Positions 48,648 through 62,232 of a stretch of 64,000 nt of DNA are shown here, piece by piece. A model generated the notes under the pieces. The model made no database searches, was not told the DNA's origin, and saw nothing but the letters and a program-made list of their open reading frames with translations. Origin of the DNA: Phoronis australis (taxonomy: Eukaryota; Animalia; Phoronida). Position 1 is the stretch's first letter. The number at the start of each line of letters is the position of its first letter. Location: the NCBI GenBank assembly GCA_002633005.1, contig NMRA01000309.1:124001-188000 (forward strand), written 5' to 3'. Made by a program: the position numbers and the translations under genes.

Positions 48648-49619
48648 AAGGTAGCTCTGTGGTTCCTCAGTGGTTAGGAACCTAGCATTGAATAATTGTA
48701 ACAAACATTCGATTTTTAGTGACATTCTGTTGACTTCGTTTTTATGGGATATGTCCTTGATTTTGTTTGAGAATTAGTGTCGTGTGAAGAATCTTCTAAT
48801 CATAACTATTTGCTGAATAGGCGTAGGCCATTGGAACAGGTTCGTAATACGTTGCAACTGGTTGACAGAATCGTGGAGCGACAGGCTCGAAACGTGTGTA
48901 TGATGTTCTACTAGAAATTATAGTTCTCAATGTACTGATGCATGTTAGGTACAACCGCAGGCCTACAGGTCTCCACGGTATGTTGTCTATGAATGTGGAC
49001 GACGAATGCAATTTGCAGGATAGTATTGGAATGATGAATGCTCAAGCAATGGTTCACATGAAACAAATCGCAATGTGTTTTGACATAGTCGAGGTCATTA
49101 CGTTGTTTTCCAGACAGCAAATCGAGAAAATGGCCGAAGCGAATTGGCGTAATCAAGGTAATCGCCACATTTTGAAAATTCGAAAAGTAAAATAGCCACC
49201 GACTGTAAAGATTAATAGTGTTGTAATATCGTGTCTATCTTTTAGAAATTGGAGTAACGCCTGAACATATTCTGTCAGAAATGTATTTTTAAGGTTATGT
49301 AGGACCCTAGACAAATGTTCAAATTTCGTCAACTTTGGAACTTCATATCACAGAAATGGCCGATTGCATTCATGTGAACCTTTCAGATATTTCTGATGCT
49401 TTATGTTCTATTCTACGTTAGAAATTGTTTTTAACATGTTCTACTTTGTTTGACAGGGTATCATACATGGGACTTTTATGGTTTTCCTGAAAACATCTGC
49501 GTAATACAAAAACGAAGTGATGATGTAGAAAACGATGTCTAATCTTGAACATTTATATCACATAAAATTTGATCATACTAGTGATACTGCTACTTTACTA
49601 TTAATGTAACTTTGGTTTT

Positions 49620-50376
49620 TTACACAAAACGTACCGTGAGTGGCGTACATGAAGTAATATCCCACGAGACATTATTCCGCGTATCGACAGAGATCGAAGG
49701 TAGAGGTCGATACGCGGAATAATGACGAGTGAGATATTACTTCATGCATGCCAATCGAGGTACGTTTTGTATTTATCCCATACGCTTCGAATTCTTGAGT
49801 TTTTCACTTTTCCGCAGATTTTTAAATACTTCACTCAGACTGTTCACGTGGTGGATCACATCTTATATGTATGTACTTGCGCGTAAGGTTGTAAGTTTTC
49901 TCAAGTAAAAGAAACAGTTTTAAATGTAACGAATTATTACTTGAAAAGATATAATAGAGATGAAAACAACGGTAACTTTGCACTGAACTTGTAAGATCTC
50001 CTGAAAATAGTTAAATAACAACAATATTAGATATTGTAGTTACCGAGGAATCGGCGCCTGAGTTGCAGACGATATAATATTTAGCAAATGAAATCTGAGA
50101 CAGAACTGTCATATAATTAACAGTCCTGTTCCTGATGTTACGATTGAGACCTGATTGTATGTTGAGCGTTATTTACACTGCTATAGTTGTATTACTTTAA
50201 ACTATTTTCCGAAAGTTTGATGATCTAACCGGCTAACGACGTCGATTCGACCTTGCCCTGCCTTTTGAACGTTCCATGTCAGAGATCACTGTTGAAGTAG
50301 TGCGGAAGGTGAATAGGAAAAAATTATTACATGGCCGTATTTCCCTCGACAGATTCAACGCGTAGGGGATAAAAGA
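49620..50376 (+). mobile_element. ~750-bp non-autonomous element with terminal palindrome and subterminal inverted repeats (Crypton- or Helentron-like, unassigned)
   Basis: Palindrome ~49622-49770; subTIRs ttatcccatacgc / gcgtaggggataa; homologous copies at 51186-51941 (inverted) and 22150-22408. Confidence 0.75.
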
Positions 50377-51185
50377 CTGTATTGATGTTGAACTTTGAAT
50401 AATTTGGCAGAATATGTTGTTTAATGTTGAAACTTGTTCACAGCAACTAAGAGGGATGGAATTAATCAACAAACGCTTCCCTGTCCCAAACAGTCACAAG
50501 TTCATTAACCTCATTGTTGTACTACAATCATAACCTCCACAGGTAGACTCCAGAGTCGGTATTTTTGCACTTTGCCGTCCACGATGGCCCTGAACTTTCC
50601 GCAAGCTCTTTTGATGTGATTGTCTTTTATTTCCAATGTGTAATTAAATTAACATTAGTGTAGTTGGTTACATGGCGCTAATGAAAATGTCAGCAAACGT
50701 CACTTCTCTTCAAAAGAAACATACGGTAAGTCATATTGCAGCTCCTTGCATACGTTAATATGTCAGCTCGTTTGTTCGTCTTTGTATCTTTCCATTATTT
50801 TACAATATAAGCACTATAATAACAAATGAAGGGTCAAAAGTTCAGTTTCGCATTCGAAGAGACTGAATAAATTTAAGGAGTATTTCGTCAATTTCTACTG
50901 CAATGTTTGTGGCTGGTCGAAAAATCAAAATTTGTGATATTGCTGATACATGTACATCATATCGGTGATAAAACATTTTTCGGAGATTAGCCCCATCGCG
51001 GTATCGATCGTGGAACACGCGTTGTAGCCAACTCGCATTCGTTTATGTCAGATCATTTAACTGGAAAAGTCGCTGGCCTTGTTTCCGTATACATTTCTAC
51101 AATTTCAGCGAATGTCTGACAGGCAACGTAAAGAATGGACGATTTGTATGAAATAACCAAAAACAAAACAGCAAGTGAATTTATT

Positions 51186-51941
51186 GTTTTTTATCCCATA
51201 CGCGTTGAATCAGTCGAGGGAAATTCGGCCACGTAATAATGTTTCCGTATTCACCTCCCGCCATAGACATCTTATAGTTATATTATGGGATGTCTATGCC
51301 TCCCGCACTACTTCAACAGCGACCTCTGACATGGAAAGTTCAAAAGGTAGGTCAATGTCTACTCGACGTTGATAGCTGGTTCGACCATCAAACTTTCGGA
51401 AAATAGTTTAAAGTAATGCAATTGCAACAGTGTGAGTAACACTTAGTATGCAATTAGGTCTCAGTCGTAACATCCAGAACAGGACTGTTAATTACTGGGT
51501 ACATGACAGTTCTGTCTCTGTTTTCAATTGCTAATATTATGTCATCTGCAACTCAGCCGCCGATACCTCGGTAACTGCAGCATGAAATGTTGTTGTTACT
51601 TAACTATTTTCAGGAAATGTTACAAGTTCAATGCACAATTACCGTTGCTTTCATCTTTGTTATCTTTTTTCAAGTAATAAATCGTTACATTTAAAACTTT
51701 GTTTTACTACAGAAAACTTCCAACCTAACGCGCAAGTACATAAATATAGGCTGTGATCCGCCACGTGAACAATCTGAGTGAAGTATTTAAAAATCTGGCG
51801 AAAAAATGAAAGAAACTTAGGAATTTGCTGCGTATGGGATAAATACTTCGATTGGCGTAGATAAAGTAATATCCCACTCGACATTTTTCCGCGTATCGTG
51901 GGATATTACTTCATCAACGCCACTGTCGGTACGTTTTGTGT
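51186..51941 (-). mobile_element. Inverted second copy of the ~750-bp element
   Basis: Reverse complement aligns along the full length of 49620-50376. Confidence 0.8.
51262..51298. mobile_element. 37-bp hairpin insertion with 8-bp TSD
   Basis: CCTCCCGC|catagacatc..gatgtctatg|CCTCCCGC; the paralogous copy has the empty site. Confidence 0.85.
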
Positions 51942-52686
51942 TTGTAGTTCTGTTCAAAATAGATTACAGTAAGTCAATACACGGTGGCGCTACATGTATT
52001 TCGGGAATCGGCTACATGTATCTAATTTTCACTTTAATATAAAATTATGGAATGGGCAACTTCAACAAAAGGTTTGTTTGATTGTTAACTTCAAAGCATT
52101 TGTCAAAAGCTTGAAGATTTATCAAAAAGATTGATTAAATTCTGTTTTAAAACGACTATTCATTTTATAGCTGCATTGAACTCGCATTTTGCGGTCAACA
52201 ATTGATCTCAAAATGTTCCTTAATCAGATCCTAATTTCACTGGTTTTAGCTGTGATCAAAGATGATTTTTTTATTAAGTCCATCCAATTGAGCAACGATC
52301 CTAAAATTGCGGTTTTTGGCAGTAAAACGCTAATGTCCCTTAAAGTCCTTGTTGCAAACTGCCCATGTGGTTCCAGTATCCGAAAATACTTACTACATAA
52401 ATTCTTATTTTCGACACCCTTTCTTTATATTCTTTTCGCCTTTCTTGCCAAAAGCGATTTTGTAACAGTATTTGACCCTTCTCTCTGAGCGTATGATTAC
52501 CGGTTGTCATCGGTTATTTCCGTACCCACATTTCTGGCTCATCAGTTCAGGAACTTGTCCTGAACGCCGACGTTTTTTCCTTGTAACTGAATGTGCTATG
52601 GCTTGCTCGAAAAGTCTTCATTATTTTGTTTTAGTAGTAATATATCGTGATTCGTTTGCATATGTAGTGTATTTATAGTTTGTAGT

Positions 52687-53549
52687 NNNNNNNNNNNNNN
52701 NNNNNNNNNNNNNNNNNNNNNNNNNNNNNNNNNNNNNNNNNNNNNNNNNNNNNNNNNNNNNNNNNNNNNNNNNNNNNNNNNNNNNNNNNNNNNNNNNNNN
52801 NNNNNNNNNNNNNNNNNNNNNNNNNNNNNNNNNNNNNNNNNNNNNNNNNNNNNNNNNNNNNNNNNNNNNNNNNNNNNNNNNNNNNNNNNNNNNNNNNNNN
52901 NNNNNNNNNNNNNNNNNNNNNNNNNNNNNNNNNNNNNNNNNNNNNNNNNNNNNNNNNNNNNNNNNNNNNNNNNNNNNNNNNNNNNNNNNNNNNNNNNNNN
53001 NNNNNNNNNNNNNNNNNNNNNNNNNNNNNNNNNNNNNNNNNNNNNNNNNNNNNNNNNNNNNNNNNNNNNNNNNNNNNNNNNNNNNNNNNNNNNNNNNNNN
53101 NNNNNNNNNNNNNNNNNNNNNNNNNNNNNNNNNNNNNNNNNNNNNNNNNNNNNNNNNNNNNNNNNNNNNNNNNNNNNNNNNNNNNNNNNNNNNNNNNNNN
53201 NNNNNNNNNNNNNNNNNNNNNNNNNNNNNNNNNNNNNNNNNNNNNNNNNNNNNNNNNNNNNNNNNNNNNNNNNNNNNNNNNNNNNNNNNNNNNNNNNNNN
53301 NNNNNNNNNNNNNNNNNNNNNNNNNNNNNNNNNNNNNNNNNNNNNNNNNNNNNNNNNNNNNNNNNNNNNNNNNNNNNNNNNNNNNNNNNNNNNNNNNNNN
53401 NNNNNNNNNNNNNNNNNNNNNNNNNNNNNNNNNNNNNNNNNNNNNNNNNNNNNNNNNNNNNNNNNNNNNNNNNNNNNNNNNNNNNNNNNNNNNNNNNNNN
53501 NNNNNNNNNNNNNNNNNNNNNNNNNNNNNNNNNNNNNNNNNNNNNNNNN
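52687..53549. other. Assembly gap (N run)
   Basis: Run of N. Confidence 1.
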
Positions 53550-53739
53550 TGGATCCTTATAACATCAATAACATCTTCTAACCATGTAATAAGGGTTAAC
53601 AACGCGTGAGACAAGGACTTTAAGGCTAATTAAAGCACGGCGCGGGCTCCACCATGCCGCCTCAAAGCCACACCACAATTTTTGTTTACAAAACGTGTGA
53701 CTATGTGCGAATGCGTGGATTGCGTCGACTGAAATTGTG

Positions 53740-54240
53740 TTTTAGGAACACGCTGGTAACTGACCAGTCAAAGATCCTTTCAGAAGTGAGAAACTTTTAT
53801 AAATCCCTATATGTTTCGAAACATGATTCTCTGGAAAATATCGATCTATTGTTTAAAATTTAGAATGTTACACTAAGCTTAGTTAAGTTTTTTGGAAACA
53901 GTTACCATTTTTAGTACGCGCGTTTCAAATCTGGTCACTAACCAATATCTCTGTAACAAGGCTTAATCTCTATTATTCCAAAGTCTAATGAGCCAAGAGA
54001 ATATGTAGCCAAATGAAGACCAATTTCTTTGCTAAATAGTTCTTAGAAGATTCTTTCGCGTTAAAACAGTTATCGCTAGTTTGATACACCCAAACCAAAA
54101 AGGCTTTTTAAAGGGACGCTTTATTGGTGAAAACACCAGAGCTGTTTATGACTTGATGCCTTATGTTGAAGAAAAAATTATTCCAGGACTTTAAGTCCAA
54201 GTAGACATCCAAAACGCTTTTGATTCAGTTTCGTGTGGCT
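53740..54240 (+). pseudogene. Tx1/L1-clade LINE reverse transcriptase remnant
   Basis: ILSEVRNFYKSLY, IPKS..*RPISLLNS, LIHPNQKGFLKGRFIGENTRAVYDLM, VDIQNAFDSVS, with stops and frameshifts. Confidence 0.85.
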
Positions 54241-55271
54241 GTGTGTGAGCTCATCTTCATGAAGTGTACATGCTTTGTACTTCTTGTTGTGAGCTAATGA
54301 GTGTATTAAAATGCAATATAAAAATAGATAAAAAAATCCATACGAAGCAAAAATATTTGTGCTTCGTTAAGTGCAGTGGAAGTTCTTGGAGAATTTGTTT
54401 TTGTCTTTGTTTTTCCAGTAGAAACACGTTTTGCAGTTGTACTGTGTTGTGTTTGCATTAGACGCTCTTGGTGTAAACTTGAGTAGTAAGTGAGCAGACG
54501 TTTTCAAACATTTTACGTTTTTGAATGCATCTAAAGAACAATAACACTATCGTGATGCCATAGTGTGTCGAATTTATGACGATGATGATCTCATCGGTGA
54601 ATTGCCAAATACGCGTGCGCGCAGGGAATAATCGGGACACTCTTGTTCAATGTTACATCAACGATTTTTTAAAAGTTCGATTTACCCTCTAAAAACGGAA
54701 ATGACAGTCACTAAAATCTCTTTAAAAATAACTGTCATGTATTTACGGATAGCTAACATCTCCGTTGTAGAATGAGGAACGTTTTCTCCGTGACCCTAGA
54801 TCCAGTTTGGGACCTGGTAATTTTTATACTGTAAGTCTGCATGAAATGATCTTAGGTAGAGTCACTTTAAAGTTCCCAAATTGAGATTAAATAATCGGGA
54901 GTTTGTCTTTTCTGACGGAATTTTAAGGACTTGAAACCGTTTTTCAACAGCCTAAAACCATCAGGCAAATGCATTGAGGGTTAAGTTTCTATCCTTCACT
55001 GTGACTAATCACCACTAGTCAATACTCAGCTCTTTATACTTATCGACCAATTCACCACTAACGTCACTGCACGATATATTCAAAAGATCAAATGGCGAAT
55101 TTTATTTTTGCCATTTCTTTAAACTTGGAGGAAACCCGTTTCCAAGCAACACACTTTTTAATCAATCATACCAACCTTACCATGAAATTCAGAACGACTG
55201 AACATGTCGGCATCCTGTTATCACTGCACTAAACTCAGAGTAAAGTTTGGCCTAGTCACCAAAGCGAAATG

Positions 55272-55380
55272 CTGCACATTATTTTTTTTTTTATAATGTT
55301 TATTATGAAAAACACAATGTACAATAATAAGAGTTGAGCAAAGAAAGCGCTAGAAAGCATTATGCCTGGGAGTTATTAGC
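55272..55380 (-). mobile_element. Retroposon 3' tail related to 46535-46717
   Basis: Reverse complement cccaggcataatgctttctagcgctttct...aataaacattata(A)n parallels cccagatctaatgcctcttggcgctttct...aataaacatt(A)n. Confidence 0.6.
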
Positions 55381-58150
55381 CTACGCATGCGCTATGAAAC
55401 TTTTCTGACATGAAGCTCTGTTTATTGTAAATAGAGATCTTGTACCGCGAGACTGTCATAGTGAATAATCACGGAGTGGCACAGAGAACAAGTTCTTAAT
55501 ATGAGGCGTGCAAAATCGACGATTAAGACGTATTTTGAATACACTGAACGGGAGATGCGACGGAGACGATTGCCAAATGTTTCAGTTCATTGCAAAATAT
55601 GGTTAACCCGCGTAATACGTTGCAACAGCTACTATATACGTAGTATTGTGCATGATAACGCAGGGGCGGCGCAGCACTGGAAAAGTGGGGCTATGTTACA
55701 TGACATGGAAATTTTAAGCCGCAACCATTCCGGCTTCTTCGAGCGCATGCACACACATACATATGATTAGGGGGCGGAGAATTTGAAAACTGTATTGGGA
55801 TGAAAGAGTTTTTTGTCTGTGTTTCACAAATAAAGAATCTGAAGATTTTTTTTTGGAAATTCTTGGATACATGTTTAATAATATTTTTACGAATTTTCTC
55901 GTTCCATGCCTCTTTAAAAGTTGAATGTCTCAACATCAGTCTGGGTAAGAGACCAGAGCCAACTATTCTATTTGGCCTTAAGTTAGCTCTGTTTGGCCAT
56001 ATTGTCTAATACATCGATGTTGATTCCATGCGTTTTATTGTTGTATGTGTCTAAGATCGGACAGTTTCTTATAATGGACCATACTCTGATCACAATATTT
56101 CGTTTCATCCACTTAAGAATGCAAACAAATCAAGATCACATACAATGCATCTTGTCAGATTTTCAAACATGTTTGAAGGAAGTATTGTTTTTCACTAAAT
56201 TATACTAATGAAGAAGTGTGCAATTTTGCCAAAATGAATGGTCTAAATTTCCAAAAGCATCGAAAGTCGAAAGGACTAAAAATAGACGATCAAAATTTGC
56301 CACGTAGTTGTTTCAAATAACTCATACATTTGGCAGATGGAATGTTTTCAAAGAATTGTCAAGGACAATAATGAAAAATAAAATTATGACTATATATGAT
56401 TTCACTATTTTGAAATTTCCACGGAGGTTTATTTCAAGTTACAAGTAACTATAATAAACAGAAAAGATTTAAAGCGACAACTCTTGAAATGTCCTCAAAT
56501 TACCAGAATCTCTGTTCACAATAGTTCGCATGCCATACAAAAATTACTGATTAAAGCTGTGTTGCTTCAATGTACAAGCCAGTATAGCACTTGTATAGAT
56601 ACACAATGCATATTCATTATTGTAACGAAGAGAACATGAATATATGCATATGTGATGGCAGGTATTCTGCTCTTACGCGTTATCCCTTTTACGGAATTGG
56701 TTTCACTTCATCTTTATTTATATTATTTGAACGACTTCGTCACTTTTTCAAACCAGTGGACTTTGGCTTGTTTGCCATTAGCACACTGAACCCTGACGTC
56801 ATGGCCAGAGGCAGAGGACCAAAGTTGCTGTTGGACCAACAAAGCCCATGACGTCAGATTTGACATGCTTGGTGTTATTCCGGAAGTGCCCGGCAGGCGG
56901 CCATATTGGATATCAGTTGTATACCTTTCTCTTTATTTAGTGAATAGTTGAGGGCTGATTAAAAGTGCCTGTGGTTCTTTTCACACAGTCGCTTCTCACC
57001 GCACACCTCCGTTTTCAGCACCTAATGCCGAACGGTAGTGGCGACACCGTCGGTCCAAGGGAGCTAACTCTTCGAGATCGCTTGTGGAGAAAGGTCACAC
57101 TACAAAATATTCTTTGAACTTGGAATGAACTATGTTAAAAATTCGGAACATCCTGGACGTTTTTATTGTCATCCGTTGTTGACCACACAATTGCTGCGCG
57201 GTCCTGCGCACCTCGGCGTGCGGTCCGACCTGACGTGTAAGTCAGGCATGTTGCAATTATTTTGAAAGCTTTTGCCCAGTCCCACTCCTCTCAAACAAAC
57301 ATTTTCACATTACCAGATATGACTCAGCTCTAAATTTATACAAAAATCACGCAATTAGGACCAATATTTATGGAAGTATCAGTGATTTCCTTTTTAGATA
57401 TTGTTGCCAATGCTCTGAAAGTCAGTTTTTAAACATATTGTTATTTAAACGTTAACTAAAACAGCAGCTATTTCTCGACAAAATTGTACCGGTGATATCA
57501 TTAGAAAGTCCATGGTTTCTTGGTTTGCTATGATAACATAAGAAAATTTAATAATTTAATTTTGATAAAAACGATTACAATTAAACAACAGCGTTACGAA
57601 TACCAGTGATAAGTGCTATACAAATAAATATAACATACTTCACGAATTAATTAGCTGATAAACCGATCAAATTAGCTCCCTAATTGACTAAAGTAATGAG
57701 TACTAATCATATAAGCATGGCATGTTTGGCATCAAACTCTAATTTCGTCAAAGTTCTTACCTGTCTGCGAGACGTTGGATTATTCGAAGTGCATTCTGTA
57801 ACTGACATTAATTTACAGAATTCTATATGTATGTGGCAGTAGAGATTTTAAAAAAATATTGTGGTAAACACGTTAATTATATATTGTATGAATTATCATA
57901 TGTGCAGTGATGCGTGGAATGTCCAAAATAGTTCACCAGCTTTCTAGTACACATTAAATATCAGAAGTAGGACTTTTCGTAACCTAACGAAATTCTCCTT
58001 AACTCAAAAATCCTTTTGTTTCGTGTCTCATGTTATGACTGATAAATGGGTCATCGTGACGTCTGTTTGGCGTCACGAATTATTTCGTCGACTTTGGTGT
58101 AAAAATTGCATCACCTGAGAGATATCCAAAAGTGGTAGTCTTGATTAAGA

Positions 58151-58264
58151 ATGAAGTTTTTAGAGAATATCGGACTGAATTGGAAAGGTGTCGCCGTAGG
58201 TGTTGGCGCAACTGCGGTGGTCATAGGAGCTGGAGTGTTGATGTATTCAAAATGGAAGCGCCAG
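58151..58264 (+). CDS. Possible first coding exon of a signal-anchored membrane protein
   Basis: MKFLENIGLNWKGVAVGVGATAVVIGAGVLMYSKWKRQ followed by phase-0 donor CAG|GTAAAA; no confident downstream exon in the window. Confidence 0.4.
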
Positions 58265-59100
58265 GTAAAAAAATTGTTTGTGTTTTGACTTGTTCTAATT
58301 GACCAATCTTGACAAAGCACTGACGCGTGCATTGCGCCCATACCAACCAGTCGACAAATGAAATTGTGTTCGGCGTGTGGGCTTAAACTCTTGTAATACA
58401 TCAAAAAATATTCATTCATACAGCATGAATGAAATTTTTTCTGATTTATTTTTGTAATAAACCAATTTCATATTTTATAATGGAAATCGCTCGAAACTAG
58501 AAATTTCGTTTGCTGAGCGTCAACATAGTATTATGACTGATTAGTGTAATAAACGGAATAGTAGGCCTGTCATTATAGGTACAACCGTCTCCTTCCGCAG
58601 CAAACTGCGATGCAGACGCACTACTTATTGACGAGAACGTTGCCGAAAACAAAATTGACACGTCACGACATTGTTGGTTATGGCGTCATTAGCAGAAAAA
58701 ATCGTTTGTCCTTTGCTTTAACATAAAAGGGTTTCACGTCGTGTCACAGCCTCATCATCTAACTAACCTTCAGGTTAAGATCCCACCACAAAGTCCTTCT
58801 TAACAAAACTTAGGCAAACATTTGTGGCAACTTTGAGATGGTATATTCGACAAAGGTGCCGACAGCTTTTTTTAAGAATTGTCGCTGACAGGGAAGGGAG
58901 TCGACCATTGTGGTGACTAGGGATGGGTTCAGGTACTTGATATTGTAGTGACCAGGCGGTGGAAATTGACTTGTGACGACTTATTGGAGGAGTTCACATT
59001 ACCAGGGCACCCAAGCTTGTTATAGCTTAGGGCATCTTGAACCCTTAATCCGGCACTGCGTTGTTCAGCAACGTGGTGAATTCTTGTTGTGCCCAGCAAG

Positions 59101-62100
59101 TTATCGGACCAAAGGTCATTGTTCACAAAATTCTCGTTTTTCTTTGGTTCCAGTTTAAAATCAATGTAGTTTGTCTACAGCTTTTCCTTTAAGTGCTTGG
59201 CATAAAGAACATAAATACAAAGACATTAAAGACAACAAATGCAAGCCGTTCTCACTCTTAACACACACACGCACGCGCAAACGCACCCACGCACCCGCCA
59301 CCCTCAACATACCCACCTACTTTAGGTAAGGTGTTGTCAGGAAAAAGTTATTGCTAATCAGTTTCTCCATGTTGCATGGTATTCATCTAAATTACCATTA
59401 TTTAATAAAATTCTTTTTTGAATATAAAATTCTCTTTCTAACATCTTGAGGAAATGACAGAAACTGGGGATTATTTTTTTACACTTAGATACGTAAATAA
59501 AATACTTCAATTGCAAAAGAATCCATTTAAAAAATTTTCTTTACTTATGGGCAAGCCGAAGATCATTGTTTTTTGCCAACAATCAGATTGATACTTTTTA
59601 CCGACAACACCCAACTGCGTAATCGTAATTCTTCTATCAATATTTCTATGTTATTTGTAACTGGCAGAAAGTACATACATCAGAGTCCACCAAGATATTT
59701 TTTTAAGAAAAGAGTTCGTTATAAGTATTCTGTGTAATAGTTTAAACTGCAGTGTACATACAGTAACTTGAAATCATAAGTAGTTTTAAAAGACAATGAA
59801 TATACATTTTTCACGTCATCACTTCTAAAGTTATAACCTTTTTCTTGAAATCAGTTTTGAGCAATAGGCAAACTTTTGTTCTGGCAAACAATTTCATATA
59901 TCATTTTACACATTGACGCGCAGTTTAAAAAATTACGGATATTAAAAGGTATTATTGCTCCATATATATCTTAATTAACTGAATTTGTAATGACGTTCTC
60001 CTCGGATACGACCTAACAGACTAAATCAGATAACAATGTTCTAAAAAGTGTGTAGGTATATTCGCGATCTTTTTAAATTCAGAAAATGAGTAAAACCTGT
60101 TATTTTCATCAAGTAGGTCATTAATAAAAAGAACACCACTACTACCTGGAATTTCCATAGATAAGCCCATGGGCGTGTACTCGGAAAATGAACATTTTCA
60201 GGCATTTTATCAACAACAAATAAACGCCCGGTCGAAACAAGTGAAATTATTTGTGTTGTCCAATTTCACTCGGAATGTCCACCCCCACCAGCCACACATN
60301 TGACAGGAAGTGAATGTAATCTCGAACCCTAAAGTGCTATTGGTAAAGTTAAACAAAGCATGGAGTGTTTTAGAAAATTGGTGTCTCAAAAGTGAAATTT
60401 AAATTTTTGTGATATTGCATTGTTGATATTAGATCATATATTTTAGGTGATATCTCTAAACTAAAAGAGTAGCCTCAATTCTCTTGTCAGTCAGAGTAAG
60501 GCCACATCACAAAAATGCCCAAATTCGAGGACCACGTTTAGCATTAAATATATAAGAGACAAGTTTTTTTAAAAGCAATTATCAAAGTTCAATCTTAGAA
60601 GTGTCTACACAGAGAATTTCAACTTCAAATATATTCCGATATAGCAGGCAGGTTAAGCAACATCTTGCCACTACTGACTGGCCTGAAAAGTGGCTTCGGA
60701 GTTTTCTCCCCTGCTCGAAATTTAATTGTACCTATGAGTTGCAAATTTCACTTTCTTATTAACCTTACATGAGTCTTTATGACCATCAATAACAAACTTT
60801 GTCACCAGTTTTCCAAGTCTGATTTTTGCTGTTCAAAAAATGCAGTTTTACTGACATGAAAAAATGCAAAATATGCCTTTATAGCCAAATAGGTCATATC
60901 TCGGTAACCAAAGGTCATTGAGTGCAAATATTGCAGCTGTGTACTTTGGGCCAGCATCCCAACACATGCACAAAGTATTAGCTCTGTATGAATTTTTGAG
61001 TATATAGTGATTTTTCATTTTCATATGGTTTTNTTATCGGACCAAAGGTCATTGTTCACAAAATTCTCGTTTTTCTTTGGTTCCAGTTTAAAATCAATGT
61101 AGTTTGTCTACAGCTTTTCCTTTAAGTGCTTGGCATAAAGAACATAAATACAAAGACATTAAAGACAACAAATGCAAGCCGTTCTCACTCTTAACACACA
61201 CACGCACGCGCAAACGCACCCACGCACCCGCCACCCTCAACATACCCACCTACTTTAGGTAAGGTGTTGTCAGGAAAAAGTTATTGCTAATCAGTTTCTC
61301 CATGTTGCATGGTATTCATCTAAATTACCATTATTTAATAAAATTCTTTTTTGAATATAAAATTCTCTTTCTAACATCTTGAGGAAATGACAGAAACTGG
61401 GGATTATTTTTTTACACTTAGATACGTAAATAAAATACTTCAATTGCAAAAGAATCCATTTAAAAAATTTTCTTTACTTATGGGCAAGCCGAAGATCATT
61501 GTTTTTTGCCAACAATCAGATTGATACTTTTTACCGACAACACCCAACTGCGTAATCGTAATTCTTCTATCAATATTTCTATGTTATTTGTAACTGGCAG
61601 AAAGTACATACATCAGAGTCCACCAAGATATTTTTTTAAGAAAAGAGTTCGTTATAAGTATTCTGTGTAATAGTTTAAACTGCAGTGTACATACAGTAAC
61701 TTGAAATCATAAGTAGTTTTAAAAGACAATGAATATACATTTTTCACGTCATCACTTCTAAAGTTATAACCTTTTTCTTGAAATCAGTTTTGAGCAATAG
61801 GCAAACTTTTGTTCTGGCAAACAATTTCATATATCATTTTACACATTGACGCGCAGTTTAAAAAATTACGGATATTAAAAGGTATTATTGCTCCATATAT
61901 ATCTTAATTAACTGAATTTGTAATGACGTTCTCCTCGGATACGACCTAACAGACTAAATCAGATAACAATGTTCTAAAAAGTGTGTAGGTATATTCGCGA
62001 TCTTTTTAAATTCAGAAAATGAGTAAAACCTGTTATTTTCATCAAGTAGGTCATTAATAAAAAGAACACCACTACTACCTGGAATTTCCATAGATAAGCC

Positions 62101-62232
62101 CATGGGCGTGTACTCGGAAAATGAACATTTTCAGGCATTTTATCAACAACAAATAAACGCCCGGTCGAAACAAGTGAAATTATTTGTGTTGTCCAATTTC
62201 ACTCGGAATGTCCACCCCCACCAGCCACACAT
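59101..62232 (+). repeat. Apparently identical ~1.2-kb direct duplication (59101-60299 / 61034-62232) bounded by single Ns; probable assembly artefact
   Basis: Copy 1 ends at N 60300 and copy 2 starts right after N 61033. Confidence 0.9.

Noticed and set aside
52040-52350. Possible L1/Tx1 C-terminal remnant (VNFKAFVKSLK)
   Set aside because: Too degenerate to support by eye
52673-53614. 313-aa ORF
   Set aside because: Artefact of the N gap
59101-62232. Genuine segmental duplication
   Set aside because: Apparently identical copies bounded exactly by single Ns indicate a scaffolding overlap
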